Assembly (NCBI GenBank): GCA_963744145.1
Contig: CAVUSO010000001.1
Span: 5,376,001 to 5,440,000 of the forward strand
DNA: 64,000 nucleotides
Direction of reading: 5' to 3'
Source of the DNA: an uncultured cyanobacterium
GTDB lineage: Bacteria > Cyanobacteriota > Cyanobacteriia > Cyanobacteriales > CAWUOF01
Made by a program: the position numbers and the translations under genes. The stretch's first letter is position 1. The number at the start of each line of letters is the position of its first letter. Below the pieces are notes generated by a model. That model saw nothing but the letters and a program-made list of their open reading frames with translations. It had not been told where the DNA came from and made no database searches. Positions 63,091 to 64,000 of the stretch are shown here, in pieces.

Positions 63091-63377
63091 AAATCTAGCT
63101 CCTCAATACTTGGGACAAACTAACCCATTTTAACTGATTTTTTATGTAGCTATATAGTCCCACTTTGAGAGAAATCGCGATCGGCAGCACTCAGATTAAA
63201 GCATGATAGCTTTCTGGGTGCTGGTCTATGCAATTAGTCATGGTAGAGACAGTAACTATCAGCATCCTGCAACTCATTACTTTCTAGACTGTTGCTAAAA
63301 GAATTAAAAACATAAGCTGTTAACAGATAGAAAACAGACCACACAAAAACACAAGCAAAAAAAAGGAAGTCAAAAAT

Positions 63378-63812
63378 ATGCGTTTCAACAAATCGTTAGC
63401 TCTAGTCGGTATCGTTAGCTTAATGTTAGGTGGAATTGCCATCCCTGCTCGTGCTGATAGCTACTATTCAAATAATAATAGTTATAGTCAACAACGCATT
63501 CAAGCAGAGCGCCAAGCTGAACAACGCAGAATAGAAGCACAACGTCAAGCTGAACAACGCAGAATAGAAGCACAACGTCAAGCTGAACAACGCAGAATAG
63601 AAGCACAACGTCAAGCAGCAGCACAACATACACAAAACCAATATCACGCACAAGCACAAACTAATTCTAATACCAATGGGTATAACCAATATCACGCACA
63701 AGCACAAACTAATTCTAATACTAATGGGTATAACCAATATCACGCACAAGCACAAACTAATTCTAATACCAACGGATATAATACCACCAATGGATATAAC
63801 AATAATCACTAA
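63378..63812 (+). CDS. Exported low-complexity repeat protein (Q/N-rich)
   Basis: Signal peptide ending PARA; 3x AEQRRIEAQRQ; 3x QYHAQAQTNSNTNGYN. Confidence 0.75.
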   Translation: MRFNKSLALVGIVSLMLGGIAIPARADSYYSNNNSYSQQRIQAERQAEQRRIEAQRQAEQRRIEAQRQAEQRRIEAQRQAAAQHTQNQYHAQAQTNSNTNGYNQYHAQAQTNSNTNGYNQYHAQAQTNSNTNGYNTTNGYNNNH

Positions 63813-63959
63813 ATTATTCAAGTAATCAACTTAAATCTTTAGAAAAAAGACACACCAAATTAGACGACAAAAATCGATCGCAGTAGCTGGTTTTCTCTGA
63901 AATTGCTCTTAGGTTTTTCTTAGGTTTTTTAACTCAATCTCATGCACCCTGATTAAATA

Positions 63960-63984
63960 CCTCACTGTAATAGTGGGGTTTTTT
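63960..63984 (+). terminator. Intrinsic terminator
   Basis: CCTCACT-gtaat-AGTGGGG followed by a T run. Confidence 0.65.
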
Positions 63985-64000
63985 ATTGGAATTTAAAGAT

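Overview
This is a chromosomal window from a cyanobacterium, probably filamentous. Evidence: dense HIP1 GCGATCGC sites, psbO, sigF, Tab2, Uma2 and pentapeptide-repeat genes. Conserved genes (alaS, mutL, glmM, nadA, arsM, TldE/PmbA, a homospermidine-synthesis gene, four sensor kinases) surround two mosaic accessory islands at about 23.4-32.9 kb and 40.2-48.3 kb. The islands hold toxin-antitoxin modules, Uma2 nucleases, NB-ARC genes, chimeras and gene fragments, and several of their homology blocks start or end at HIP1 sites. Strongest leads: (1) a two-gene NLR locus (41592-43620) in which a small helical protein's C-terminus and the NB-ARC-TPR protein's N-terminus share a 21-aa motif (13/21 identical), the layout of amyloid/prion-type signalling; (2) two tandem paralogous candidate structured RNAs of about 280-300 nt between alaS and mutL, each with an HLR1-type promoter and a terminator; (3) a highly base-paired non-coding leader of about 550 nt upstream of the homospermidine gene. 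Several frameshifts lie in homopolymers and may be assembly errors. No tRNA, rRNA, CRISPR array or intact transposase was recognised. All calls were made by eye, with no database search.
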